Positions 44,989 to 54,594 of a stretch of 64,000 bases of DNA are shown one piece after another. Position numbers and translations under genes: made by a program. Below the pieces are notes generated by a model that worked only from the letters and a program-made list of their open reading frames with translations, was not told the DNA's origin and searched no databases. How positions within the stretch are numbered: position 1 is the stretch's first letter; each line of letters opens with the position of its first letter. The stretch lies in assembly GCA_041491005.1 (NCBI GenBank), contig JBGPUE010000010.1, positions 178 through 64,177 of the forward strand. Reading direction: 5' to 3'. The stretch comes from Candidatus Binataceae bacterium. Its GTDB lineage: Bacteria; Desulfobacterota; Binatia; Binatales; Binataceae.

Positions 44989-47758
44989 ACGAGACTACGG
45001 AACGCCCGCGGTCGCCACCACAGCAGCGCTCGTGGAGCTGCAAATTGACGGGATCCGCGTCGGCGTGCCACAGGGTACCTCGCTGATGCGCGCCGCCGCC
45101 GAGGCCGGCATCCATATTCCGAAGCTCTGCGCGACCGACTCGCTCGAGGCCTTCGGCTCGTGCCGGCTGTGCCTGGTTGAGATCGACGGCAAGCGCGGCT
45201 ACCCCGCCTCGTGCACTACACGCGTCGAATCGGGGATGCGGGTGCGCACCGAAACGCCGAGGCTCGCGGCGCTGCGGCGAAACGTGATGGAACTCTACGT
45301 CTCGGATCATCCGCTTGATTGCCTGACATGCCCGGCCAACGGCAATTGCGAACTGCAGAACATGGCGGGCGTCGTGGGGTTGCGCGAGGTCCGCTACGGC
45401 TACGACGGTGCGAACCATCTCGACTCCGCAAAGGACCGCTCGAATACCTACTTCACGTTCGATCCGGCCCGATGCATTGTGTGCTCGCGATGCGTGCGCG
45501 CATGCGAAGAGATACAGGGCACTTTCGCTCTGACTATTGACGGCCGGGGATTCCAGTCAGTCATTTCGCCGGGACAGAAGGGTCCGTTCGCCGAGTCTGA
45601 ATGCGTAACTTGCGGTGCATGCGTTTCTGCATGCCCGACCGCGGCGCTCACCGAAAAGTCGATCATTGAGCATGGACAGCCCGAGCGCGACGTAGTCACG
45701 ACCTGTGGCTACTGCGGGGTTGGATGCACGTTCAGAGTCGAGCTCAAAGGCGACACGATTGTAAGGCTGGCTCCGGAGCGCGATGGCCGCGCGAATCACG
45801 GGCACGCGTGCGTCAAGGGCCGTTTCGCGTGGGGCTTTGCCACTCATCCCGACCGCGTGAAGCGACCCCTGATTAGAGAGCGGATCGAGCAGCCGTGGCG
45901 CGAGGTGTCGTGGGAGGAAGCGATCGCTTTCGCGGCCGCGGGGTTCAAGCGCGTCCGGCAGCGCTATGGTCGTGGCGCGCTGGGCGGCATCACGTCGTCG
46001 CGATGCACGAACGAAGAAACCTACCTGGTGCAGAAGCTGGTGCGCGCGGCATTCGGCAATAACAACGTCGATACCTGCGCCCGCGTCTGCCACGCACCGT
46101 CGGGCTACGGGCTCAAGGTCGCCTTCGGCACTGGAGCCGCAACGCAGGACTTCGATTCCGTCCTGGATGCCGATGTCATCATGATAATCGGCGCCAATGT
46201 GACCGAAGCCCATCCGGTATTCGCCTCGCAGATCAAGCGGCGTGTCCGCGAGGGCGTGAAACTCATTGTGGTCGATCCGCGCGCTGTGGAAATCGCGCGG
46301 CTGCCGCACGTCGAGGCCAGCTATCACCTGCGGCTCCATCCCGGTACCAACGTTGCGCTGGTCAACGCATTCGCACATGTCATCATCGTTGAGGGGCTGG
46401 CTCGGGAGGATTTCGTCACTGAGCGATGCGAGCCCGGCGAGTATGCCGCGTGGAAGAAGTTCATTGCGGAAGAGCGCAACTCGCCCGAGGCCGTGGAGCA
46501 CATCACGGGCGTGCCGGCTCAGCAGATTCGCGCCGCCGCACGCCTGTACGCAAACGCACGTAACGGCGCGATCTACTACGGGCTGGGCGTTACGGAGCAC
46601 AGCCAGGGCAGCACGATGGTCCTGGCGATGGCTAACTTGGTGATGGTGACCGGGAACATCGGGAGGCCGGGTGTCGGACTGAATCCACTGCGTGGCCAGA
46701 ACAACGTCCAGGGTGCGTGCGACATGGGCTCATTTCCACACGAGCTGACCGGCAACCGGCCAATCTCGGATCCGATCGTGCGGGCCGAATTCGAGCAGGC
46801 CTGGTCGGCAAAGCTTGATCCGGCGCCCGGCTTCCGGATGCCGAACATGTGGGATGCCGCGCTCGCTGGCAGTTTCAAGGCGGTCTACATCGAAGGCGAG
46901 GATGTCGCCCAGTCGGAACCGAACCTCGATCACGTCGCTCAGGCCCTCCGCGCCATGGAGTTGGTTGTCGTCCAGGATCTCTTCCTCAATGAGACCTCGA
47001 AATTCGCGCACGTATTCCTGCCGGGTGCCTCCTTCCTCGAAAAGGACGGCACCTTCACGAACTCGGAACGCCGCATCTCGCGGATCAGGAAGGTCATGGC
47101 TCCACTCTCCGGCAAACCCGACTGGGAAATTACCTGCAATCTTGCTACCGCGCTCGGCTATCCGATGCACTACTCACACCCGTCGGAGATCATGGACGAG
47201 ATCGCCCGCCTCACGCCGACCTTTCGCGGCGTCAGCTTCGAGAAACTCGACCGGCTCGGCGGCATCCAGTGGCCATGCAACGATGCGGCGCCTGCGGGCA
47301 CGCCGGTCATGCACGTTGGTCAGTTCGTTCGTGGCAAAGGCCAATTCACGATCACCGAGTATGTGCCGACTCCGGAGAAGACCAGCGCGGCCTTTCCGCT
47401 CATCCTTACGACCGGACGAATACTCAACCAATACAACGTCGGGACGCAGACGCGGCGAACGCCGAACATGGAAATGCATACTGAGGATCGTCTCGAAATC
47501 CATCCGCATGATGCTGATCAGCGCGGGATTCGCGATGCCGACTGGGTCGAGGTCAGAAGCAGACAGGGTTCGACCCAGCTTCGCGCGCAACTATCCGGTC
47601 GCGTCCAGCCCGGTCTGGTCTATACGACGTTTCACCATCCGGAGTCGCATACAAATGCGCTCACCACCGACAACTCCGACTGGGCGACAAACTGTCCCGA
47701 GTTCAAGGTGACCGCCGTCGAAGTGGCGCCAGTCGTCGTCGCCCAGAGGAAGCAATGA
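44972..47758 (+). CDS. fdsA: Formate dehydrogenase alpha subunit (molybdopterin, N-terminal 2Fe-2S and 4Fe-4S domains), Cys-type (no UGA)
   Basis: N-terminal ferredoxin-like Cys clusters (CRLCLVEIDG, CLTCPANGNCELQ, CIVCSRCVRACEE, CVTCGACVSACP) and molybdopterin-domain Cys motif CGYCGVGCTF; 928 aa; no in-frame TGA. Confidence 0.9.
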   Translation: MLSKAERDYGTPAVATTAALVELQIDGIRVGVPQGTSLMRAAAEAGIHIPKLCATDSLEAFGSCRLCLVEIDGKRGYPASCTTRVESGMRVRTETPRLAALRRNVMELYVSDHPLDCLTCPANGNCELQNMAGVVGLREVRYGYDGANHLDSAKDRSNTYFTFDPARCIVCSRCVRACEEIQGTFALTIDGRGFQSVISPGQKGPFAESECVTCGACVSACPTAALTEKSIIEHGQPERDVVTTCGYCGVGCTFRVELKGDTIVRLAPERDGRANHGHACVKGRFAWGFATHPDRVKRPLIRERIEQPWREVSWEEAIAFAAAGFKRVRQRYGRGALGGITSSRCTNEETYLVQKLVRAAFGNNNVDTCARVCHAPSGYGLKVAFGTGAATQDFDSVLDADVIMIIGANVTEAHPVFASQIKRRVREGVKLIVVDPRAVEIARLPHVEASYHLRLHPGTNVALVNAFAHVIIVEGLAREDFVTERCEPGEYAAWKKFIAEERNSPEAVEHITGVPAQQIRAAARLYANARNGAIYYGLGVTEHSQGSTMVLAMANLVMVTGNIGRPGVGLNPLRGQNNVQGACDMGSFPHELTGNRPISDPIVRAEFEQAWSAKLDPAPGFRMPNMWDAALAGSFKAVYIEGEDVAQSEPNLDHVAQALRAMELVVVQDLFLNETSKFAHVFLPGASFLEKDGTFTNSERRISRIRKVMAPLSGKPDWEITCNLATALGYPMHYSHPSEIMDEIARLTPTFRGVSFEKLDRLGGIQWPCNDAAPAGTPVMHVGQFVRGKGQFTITEYVPTPEKTSAAFPLILTTGRILNQYNVGTQTRRTPNMEMHTEDRLEIHPHDADQRGIRDADWVEVRSRQGSTQLRAQLSGRVQPGLVYTTFHHPESHTNALTTDNSDWATNCPEFKVTAVEVAPVVVAQRKQ

Positions 47759-47858
47759 GTATTCGGACCATCGAGCGTGAACGCTGACCCGACGAGCTTG
47801 CGCCGCGACGGCGGGCGTCACCACGCAAGCCCAAGCCTTGTCGCATCGGAGGCCGGCC

Positions 47859-48332
47859 TCAGTCGCTCCGCTTGGTTTCCTTGTTCGCCCAGCCGGTTTC
47901 ATATGGTGCCGACATTCGACCGATCGCGCGCAGGTGCTTGAACTTCCACTCGCCGTTGACTTTCACGTAGTCCTCTTCGTATCGCGCGGCGAGCCACATC
48001 GCGCGGTTGCCTTTGCGAAAAGTGAATGGCCCCAGGAAGTACCAGGTGCCTTTTGCCTGGTTGCCGTCGACCTCGATGATCGGGTTCATCACGTTATGCT
48101 GCGAAAAGCTGATCCTCTTTTGAAACCCAAGGAACAGGGCGCGAATCGCCTCGTGCCCCTGATGGCGCCCGATTTCTTCGCCTTCCCAGATACCGTCGGC
48201 GGCAAACAGCTTGGTAATCTCGTCAGGATTGTGATCATTGTCGCATACGGCGCAGTACCGCGCCTTCAGCTTCCTGATAGCTTCGATGTCTTCGATAATC
48301 GTAGTGCGTTTCTCGAGTTCTTCTGTAGTCAT
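47859..48332 (-). CDS. NTF2-like / SnoaL-like protein
   Basis: 157 aa; IEDIEAIRKLKARYCAVCDNDHNPDEITKLFAADGIWEG...YVKVNGEWKFKH, paralogous to 24184-24636. Confidence 0.6.
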   Translation of the reverse strand: MTTEELEKRTTIIEDIEAIRKLKARYCAVCDNDHNPDEITKLFAADGIWEGEEIGRHQGHEAIRALFLGFQKRISFSQHNVMNPIIEVDGNQAKGTWYFLGPFTFRKGNRAMWLAARYEEDYVKVNGEWKFKHLRAIGRMSAPYETGWANKETKRSD

Positions 48333-48342
48333 CGTTGTCTCC

Positions 48343-48700
48343 TTATGCCTGATTGAATATGCGTGCGTAAGTCTTCTGAGTGGCTGCCGCTTGTTCCTGA
48401 GCTTTGCGGCGTTCCTCCGGCGTTGCCATCTCGCCGATCATCTTCCGCTCCAGCGCGATGCCCTCTTTCAACGAAAGCTCCACGCCGCGGTTCATAAGCC
48501 GCTTCACAGTTTTCAGCGCATAAGCCGCCCGCTCGATATAAACGCGCGCCATCTCTTCGCATGTCCCGATCAGCTCGCCCGGGGGCACTACTCGATTCAC
48601 GAGGCCCACGCGAAATGCTTCCTGTGACGTCCACGGAAGACCGCTGCATTCCGGCCTGACCATGAGCGCCACCGGATAGGTCGAAGAAAAAGGGTGCTTG
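48343..48700 (-). pseudogene. C-terminal remnant (~115 aa) of an enoyl-CoA hydratase/isomerase (crotonase) gene; the N-terminal two-thirds are absent
   Basis: ...QEAFRVGLVNRVVPPGELIGTCEEMARVYIERAAYALKTVKRLMNRGVELSLKEGIALERKMIGEM matches the crotonase C-terminal helices. The upstream part of the ORF is GC-junk and abuts the ATPase remnant. Confidence 0.5.
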
Positions 48701-49515
48701 CGCCATCTTGTTGCAGCCCAAGATGCTGACGCCGCGCGCGCTCTCGCTGGGGATGGACTTGGCCGTAAACCCGAACCACCATTTGACACTGCCTACCCCA
48801 AGCACATTTTCCCATCCATCATTCTCTCCTTGGAAGCGAAATTGCCGGGTTGGGCTGTACACCGCGATTGGGTTGCCATTGATTTCGACCTCAAAGCTCT
48901 TCCCGAGGATGGAGAAGCGTCGCGACATGGACTGACGGAAATCATCTTCGTCGATTGAGCGGGCGATCTGCAGGTCTCTCAACAGTACGACCGTTCCATT
49001 AGCATCCTTTGTCTTGGCATCTTCCAAGATCGTTGGCTCATAGTTCTCCACCAGATTGCCTGCCCGCCCTTCGTTATCTTCTCGAAGTCCATCTGGAAAT
49101 GCGTGGCCCACCGGGAACACACCGTCCGCACCTCCACGACCTGAGCGATGCCGAAACCAGCGCGCTTGCCCAAGCCTTTCCGGCCCATCACGACCCGGTT
49201 GCCCGGCGTCTTCTCCCCTTCAGCTTTTCGGCGGTCGCGGCCCACGACGAGATATGCCTGCTGCACCTCGTCCCAAGTCATACCGCGGCCGTTGTCGGCC
49301 ACGATGATCCGCTGGTCCTTCATGCCCACGCCGAAAGGAACGGTCACTGTGACCTTGGTGGCGTCAGCGTCCCAAGAGTTTGATATCAGCTCGGCAAGAG
49401 CCGGTACCGCGCCCCTATACATGGACAGACCAAGGTGCTTCACCAAGCCACCCGCGTACTGCATCTGCAGGCGACGCGGGCGTTTCAGAACAATGGCCGT
49501 CTTGCTTGAAGGCAT
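48700..49515 (-). pseudogene. Frameshifted and C-terminally truncated GHKL (Hsp90/MutL/histidine-kinase-like) ATPase gene
   Basis: Bergerat-fold motifs ELISNSWDADATKV, IIVADNGRGM and GRKGLGKRAGFG lie in ORF 48979-49671. The protein-like continuation (GTVVLLRDLQIARSIDEDDFRQSMSRRFSILGKSFEVEINGNPI) is in a different frame (ORF 48329-49120), so there is a frameshift near 49065. Coding ends at ~48700, far short of the usual 500-700 aa. Confidence 0.5.
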
Positions 49516-49736
49516 CTGAAGATAGTAACGCGGTCGTGTCAGCACGTCGACGAATGTCGATGTTTGCAAACGGTTTTGGCGCCAGCAGGATTGGAATCTT
49601 GCCGACCGGCAAACGTACAACTGAAGGTCTGGTGAGATGGCCGATTTTGTGACCGGCGAGAGCATGGTCATCTTGTGCCAGTTGCGATAAGGAATAGGGC
49701 AGGATCAACCATTAGACTGCGCGTCGATGCGGCCCT

Positions 49737-51470
49737 ATGCGGCGCACGACAACGGAGGTCGCGATGTACGATCTGATCATTCGCAATGGCACCGTCATAG
49801 ATGGCACCGGCATGCCGCGCTTTCGGGCCGATGTCGGCATCGCCCAACGCAAGGTCGTGGCGATCGGGAGAATCCGCGAGAGTGCCCGGGAGACGATCGA
49901 TGCAGAAGGCCATATTGTGGCTCCGGGCTTCGTCGACGCACACACCCATATGGACGCGCAGGTCTTCTGGGATGCGCTCGGCACCTGCTCATGCTGGCAT
50001 GGCGTCACCTCGGTGGTGATGGGCAATTGCGGCTTCTCGCTGGCGCCATGCGCAGAGAAGGACAAGCTTTTGGTGATGCGAAATCTCGAACGGGCCGAGG
50101 ACATCGCTCGCGAAGCGATGGAGGCGGGCATCAAGTGGTCGTGGACCACCTTCCCGCAGTACCTCGATGCCGTCGACGGATTGCCCAAAGGCATCAACTA
50201 CGCGGCCTACATAGGCCATTCCGCCCTGCGCACCTATGTGATGGGCGAACGTGCGTTCAATGAGACCGCGACCACCGAAGACCTGGCGCTGATGAAGCAT
50301 GAGCTGCGCAGCGCGATTCGCGCCGGCGCGATCGGCTTCACCACTTCGCGGACCAGCAACCATCAGACGCCGGATGGGCATCCCGTCGCCAGCCGCATCG
50401 CCAACTGGGATGAAGTCAGGCAACTGGTGGGCGAGATGGGCGATCTGAACGCGGGCATCTTTGAAATCGCCGGCGAAGATACCGGTGCCGAGGGCGAACG
50501 TCTGGACAACTACCTCGCCCGCCTCAAGGCGCTGGCGGTCGACACCGGCGTTCCCGTGACTTATGGCATGTTCAGCTCGCGCCGCGCCCCGGGCTATTGG
50601 CGGCGTTACTTTGCGATGGCGGATGAAGCCGAGGCTGCTGGTGGACGGATGTTTGTCCAGGTGCACAGCCGGGCGCTCAACCTGCTGCTCTCCTTCGAAA
50701 CATACATGCCCTTCGACCGGCTGCCGGCCTGGCGCGAAATTCGCAAATTGCCGCTGGCCGAACAGGAAGCCGCGCTACGCAATCCCGAAGTGCGGCGCAA
50801 GCTGGTTGAGGCATCCCACGAACGGTCCCCATCGAGCCAGCATGAGGTTGGCGCGGAGGCGCGGCCAGCGAACTACAACTGGATTTTCCCGCTCGACAAG
50901 CCAACTCCGCCTTATCGTTCGATCGCTCAGATCGCCGATGAACTGAAGAAGGATCCGGTTGACGTAGTCATCGATCTGGCCCTGGACAAGCACCTGAAGC
51001 AGTTCTTCCTGCAGACTCTGGTCAACGAAAACCAGGACGACGTGCTCGAGATGATGCGCCATCCGCGCTCAGTGGTCACCTTCTCGGATTCTGGCGCACA
51101 CGTCTCGCAGATCATGGATTCGTCGCTGCAGACGCACGTGCTGAGCCATTGGGTGCGCGAACGACAAGCGCTGACGTTGGAAGACGCGGTCCGGATGCTG
51201 AGTTTCGTCCCGGCGTATCGCTGGGGTCTCACCGGACGCGGGATGCTGCGCGAAGGCAGCTTTGCCGACGTCATCGTGTTCGATCCTGAAACGATAACGC
51301 CGAAACTTCCCGAACTGGTTTACGACCTGCCGGCCGGTGCGCGGCGCCTCAAGCAGAAGTCAACGGGCCTGCTCGCCACAGTCGTGAACGGCGAGGTCGT
51401 GCTGCGCAATAACGAACATACCGGTGCGCTTCCTGGCCAGCTATTGCGCGGCCCCCTGGCCGGAAACTGA
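49737..51470 (+). CDS. N-acyl-D-amino-acid deacylase (D-aminoacylase) family amidohydrolase
   Basis: MYDLIIRNGTVIDGTGMPRFRADVGIAQRKVVAIGRI...APGFVDAHTHMD; 577 aa. Confidence 0.85.
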   Translation: MRRTTTEVAMYDLIIRNGTVIDGTGMPRFRADVGIAQRKVVAIGRIRESARETIDAEGHIVAPGFVDAHTHMDAQVFWDALGTCSCWHGVTSVVMGNCGFSLAPCAEKDKLLVMRNLERAEDIAREAMEAGIKWSWTTFPQYLDAVDGLPKGINYAAYIGHSALRTYVMGERAFNETATTEDLALMKHELRSAIRAGAIGFTTSRTSNHQTPDGHPVASRIANWDEVRQLVGEMGDLNAGIFEIAGEDTGAEGERLDNYLARLKALAVDTGVPVTYGMFSSRRAPGYWRRYFAMADEAEAAGGRMFVQVHSRALNLLLSFETYMPFDRLPAWREIRKLPLAEQEAALRNPEVRRKLVEASHERSPSSQHEVGAEARPANYNWIFPLDKPTPPYRSIAQIADELKKDPVDVVIDLALDKHLKQFFLQTLVNENQDDVLEMMRHPRSVVTFSDSGAHVSQIMDSSLQTHVLSHWVRERQALTLEDAVRMLSFVPAYRWGLTGRGMLREGSFADVIVFDPETITPKLPELVYDLPAGARRLKQKSTGLLATVVNGEVVLRNNEHTGALPGQLLRGPLAGN

Positions 51471-51513
51471 TTTGGAGATCGCCAACCATCGATAGAACGG
51501 AGGCGAACCCGCG

Positions 51514-52668
51514 ATGGCATCGACAGCAATCAAGGTAATCTCCGCCGATTCGCACATGATGGAGCCAGCGGATCTGTGGACGCAGCGGCTTGATCAGAAG
51601 TTCAGAGACCGCTCGCCGCGTGTCATCAAGACCGAAGACAAGGGGCAGTTCGTTTTCGTCGCGCCCGATATTCCTCCCTTTCCGGTCGCCGGAGGATTTG
51701 CGGCTGGCCGTAGCGGCCAGGAGCTGAAGGAATTCATGAAGCGGGCGAACACCGACGAGGGCTACAAGGCGGCGCGCCCCAGCGGCTGGGATCCTGTCGA
51801 GCGCATCAAGGACCAAGACATCGATGGCGTCCAGGCCGAGGTGCTTTATACGACACTCGGCATGCCGCTCTTCGGCCTTCATGATGTCGAGCTGCAGCAA
51901 GCCTGCTTCCGGGTCTATAACGATTGGGTTGCCGAGTTCGCATCGCACGATCCTCGCCGTTTCCATGCGATCGCGCTGATCTCGCTGGAGGATGTCGGCG
52001 AAGGCGCAAAGGAGCTCGAGCGCGCCGCCAAGCTGGGGCTCAAGGGCGCGATGATTTGGGGATCGCCACCCAAAGAGAAACCTTACTGGCAGAAGTCTTA
52101 CGATCCGTTCTGGCAGGTAGCCCAGGACCTCGAGATGCCGCTATCGCTCCATGTCATCACCGGCAAGAAGCCGCCCAAGTCCAAGGAAGAGCAGGAAAAG
52201 ATCCGTTCGCGAGAGCCGTCGTTCATCCGCGGCTACATGAACATCCTGCACGAGGTGCAGCGCTCGCTTACCGACATCATCTGCGGGGGAGTGCTGATGC
52301 GCTTTCCGCGTCTGAGGATCGTTTCGGCGGAAAACGACAGCGGCTGGATTGCTCACTACATGTATCGGTTGGACCACGCCTTCGAGAAGTTCGGCGCGAT
52401 GATGCAAGAGCCGCTGGACATGAAGCCCAGTGACTACCTCCGCCGCAATGTCTGGGCGACCTTCCAGGACGACCCGATCGGGCCGATGTTGTTCAGGTTC
52501 TTCGGCGAAGACAATTTCATGTGGGCTTCGGACTTCCCGCATACCGATTCGACCTGGCCGAATTCGCTGCAGGTCATCGCGCGGGATTTCGAGCAAGTGC
52601 CACCGGCAGTTCGACAGAAGATCATTTGCGGGAACGCGGCCAAGCTCTATCGAGTCGATCTGAACTAG
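51514..52668 (+). CDS. Amidohydrolase-2 family metal-dependent hydrolase
   Basis: ISADSHMMEPADLW (HxH-type motif); TIM-barrel length; paralog of 21990-22994. Confidence 0.8.
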   Translation: MASTAIKVISADSHMMEPADLWTQRLDQKFRDRSPRVIKTEDKGQFVFVAPDIPPFPVAGGFAAGRSGQELKEFMKRANTDEGYKAARPSGWDPVERIKDQDIDGVQAEVLYTTLGMPLFGLHDVELQQACFRVYNDWVAEFASHDPRRFHAIALISLEDVGEGAKELERAAKLGLKGAMIWGSPPKEKPYWQKSYDPFWQVAQDLEMPLSLHVITGKKPPKSKEEQEKIRSREPSFIRGYMNILHEVQRSLTDIICGGVLMRFPRLRIVSAENDSGWIAHYMYRLDHAFEKFGAMMQEPLDMKPSDYLRRNVWATFQDDPIGPMLFRFFGEDNFMWASDFPHTDSTWPNSLQVIARDFEQVPPAVRQKIICGNAAKLYRVDLN

Positions 52669-52701
52669 AGATGCTGGCGAGCTCGCCGGAGAGGATTGCC
52701 T

Positions 52702-53145
52702 ATGGTAGTTCGAGAGCTGGGGCATATTGTCCTCTACGTGAGAGACATCGAGCGGTCCCGGCACTTCTATCGCGACCTGCTCGGCTGGAAGGAAGTAGTG
52801 GGCGGGCGAGCGGCGGCGGCTTTTTCCTCCGGCCGGACGCATCACGAGTTGCTGCTCATCCAGGTGGGAGCGGAGGCCGCGGCGATTCCTCACAAACCGC
52901 GCGTGGGCCTGTATCACTTCGGGCTCAAGGTCGGAGATAGCGACGACGAGTTGCGCCAGACCATTGAGCAGTTGCGCGCGGCGGACGTGCAGATAGACGG
53001 GATGTCAGATCACGGAGTCAGCCACAGCATCTACATTCGAGACCCGGACGGAAACGAAGTGGAGCTGTATATCGACGTTCAGCCCGAGGTTTGGCGCGAT
53101 CAGCCGGTCGCAAATTTGATGACCACCCGTCCGCTGCGCATCTGA
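52702..53145 (+). CDS. VOC-family (glyoxalase/bleomycin-resistance/dioxygenase) protein
   Basis: LGHIVLYVRDIERSRHFYRDLLGW...HHELLL...GLYHFGLKV. ATG at 52702 with SD GGAGAGG. Confidence 0.8.
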   Translation: MVVRELGHIVLYVRDIERSRHFYRDLLGWKEVVGGRAAAAFSSGRTHHELLLIQVGAEAAAIPHKPRVGLYHFGLKVGDSDDELRQTIEQLRAADVQIDGMSDHGVSHSIYIRDPDGNEVELYIDVQPEVWRDQPVANLMTTRPLRI

Positions 53146-53358
53146 ACTACTCAGTAGCTCGATAACCTGCCCCTAAGCCACGGGATGGAGGTGTTCGGCG
53201 TTCATCTCCGCGCATGCAAGCACCGTTATCCGCGCTCGCACTAGATGCTGTCGGCATTCCCGACGACGGTCTTCAGCGCGGGTAGCATCTCTGATGGCTT
53301 CTCGGCCATAATCCGAAGCCCGTGCTCGCGAGTTGATCTGACAGGAGCGAAAGTCGCC

Positions 53359-54540
53359 ATGGCCGACCCTGAGACGTTCCGCGAAGAGACCTTGGCTTGG
53401 CTCGAGGCCAACTGCCCACCGGAGATGCGCCGCCCTGCGCAGGGCGAGAAAGACACCTGTTGGGGCGGACGGCGCTGGGTCTTCCAATCCGATGCCCAGC
53501 GGATCTGGCTCGAACTGATGGCTGAAAAAGGCTGGACCGTACCGGAGTGGCCGCGCGAATACGGCGGCGGTGGATTGTCGCGCGACGAAGCCAAGATCCT
53601 CCACCAGCAGATGCGCGCACTGGATTGTCGCTCGCCGCTGGACAGCTTTGGCATCTGGATGCTGGGGCCGGCGCTGCTGAAATACGGCTCCGAGGCGCAG
53701 AAGCGTGAATACCTGCCCAAAATCGCGCGCGGCGAAATCCGCTGGTGCCAGGGCTACTCCGAACCCGGTGCGGGCTCCGACCTCGCCTCGCTCCAAACCA
53801 AGGCGGAGCTCAAGGGCGATCACTTCGTGATCAACGGCCAGAAGATCTGGACCTCATACGCCGACCAGGCGGATTGGATCTTCTGCCTCGTTCGCACTGA
53901 CCCCAAGGCGCCGAAGCACGAAGGTATCAGTTTCGTCCTCTTCGACATGGAGAGTCCCGGCGTCTCTACGGCGCCGATCACTTTGATCTCCGGCAATTCG
54001 CCCTTTTGTCAGACTTTCTTCGAGGATGTGGTGGTGCCGCGGGAAAACCTCGTTGGCGAGATCAATAAGGGATGGGGGATCGCCAAGTATCTGCTCACCC
54101 ATGAGCGGGAGATGATCAGCGGCGTGGGTAATTCGACGGGCAGCCGTCCGCTGGGCCAGATCGCCGCCGACACGCTGGGAACCGAGAACGGCCTGCTGGC
54201 CGACACGGTGCTGCGCGGCCAGATGGCATTGTTCGAGGTCGATGCCCTCGCGTTTCGCCTGACGGGCGAGCGAATCGGGGATATGGCAAAAGTCGGCCAG
54301 GCGCACCCGGCGCTGTCTTCCCTGCTTAAATACTACGGCGCTGAGCTCAACAAACGCCGGTTCGAGTTGATAATGGCCGCTGGCGGCTCGGACGCGCTGG
54401 AATGGGAAGGGCAGCGGTCCCGCGACGGCGACTTGGCCCGCGCATGGTTGCGCACGAAGGCCAACTCGATCGAAGGCGGAACCAGCGAGGTTCAGCTCAA
54501 CATCATCGCCAAGCGCATACTCGGTCTGCCGGGAGCGTAG
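53359..54540 (+). CDS. Acyl-CoA dehydrogenase
   Basis: WCQGYSEPGAGSDLASLQTKAE...VINGQKIWTSYA (ACAD middle-domain signature) and a C-terminal helical domain. The start is set at MADPETF. Confidence 0.85.
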   Translation: MADPETFREETLAWLEANCPPEMRRPAQGEKDTCWGGRRWVFQSDAQRIWLELMAEKGWTVPEWPREYGGGGLSRDEAKILHQQMRALDCRSPLDSFGIWMLGPALLKYGSEAQKREYLPKIARGEIRWCQGYSEPGAGSDLASLQTKAELKGDHFVINGQKIWTSYADQADWIFCLVRTDPKAPKHEGISFVLFDMESPGVSTAPITLISGNSPFCQTFFEDVVVPRENLVGEINKGWGIAKYLLTHEREMISGVGNSTGSRPLGQIAADTLGTENGLLADTVLRGQMALFEVDALAFRLTGERIGDMAKVGQAHPALSSLLKYYGAELNKRRFELIMAAGGSDALEWEGQRSRDGDLARAWLRTKANSIEGGTSEVQLNIIAKRILGLPGA

Positions 54541-54594
54541 CTCGCAAGATGCTCACGGGCCGCAATTGTAGCCAGATCGTTCGGAACTGCTGAC

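Noticed and set aside
44972-47758. Selenocysteine (in-frame UGA + SECIS) in the formate dehydrogenase alpha subunit
   Set aside because: The ORF is continuous with Cys at the expected position; no in-frame TGA.
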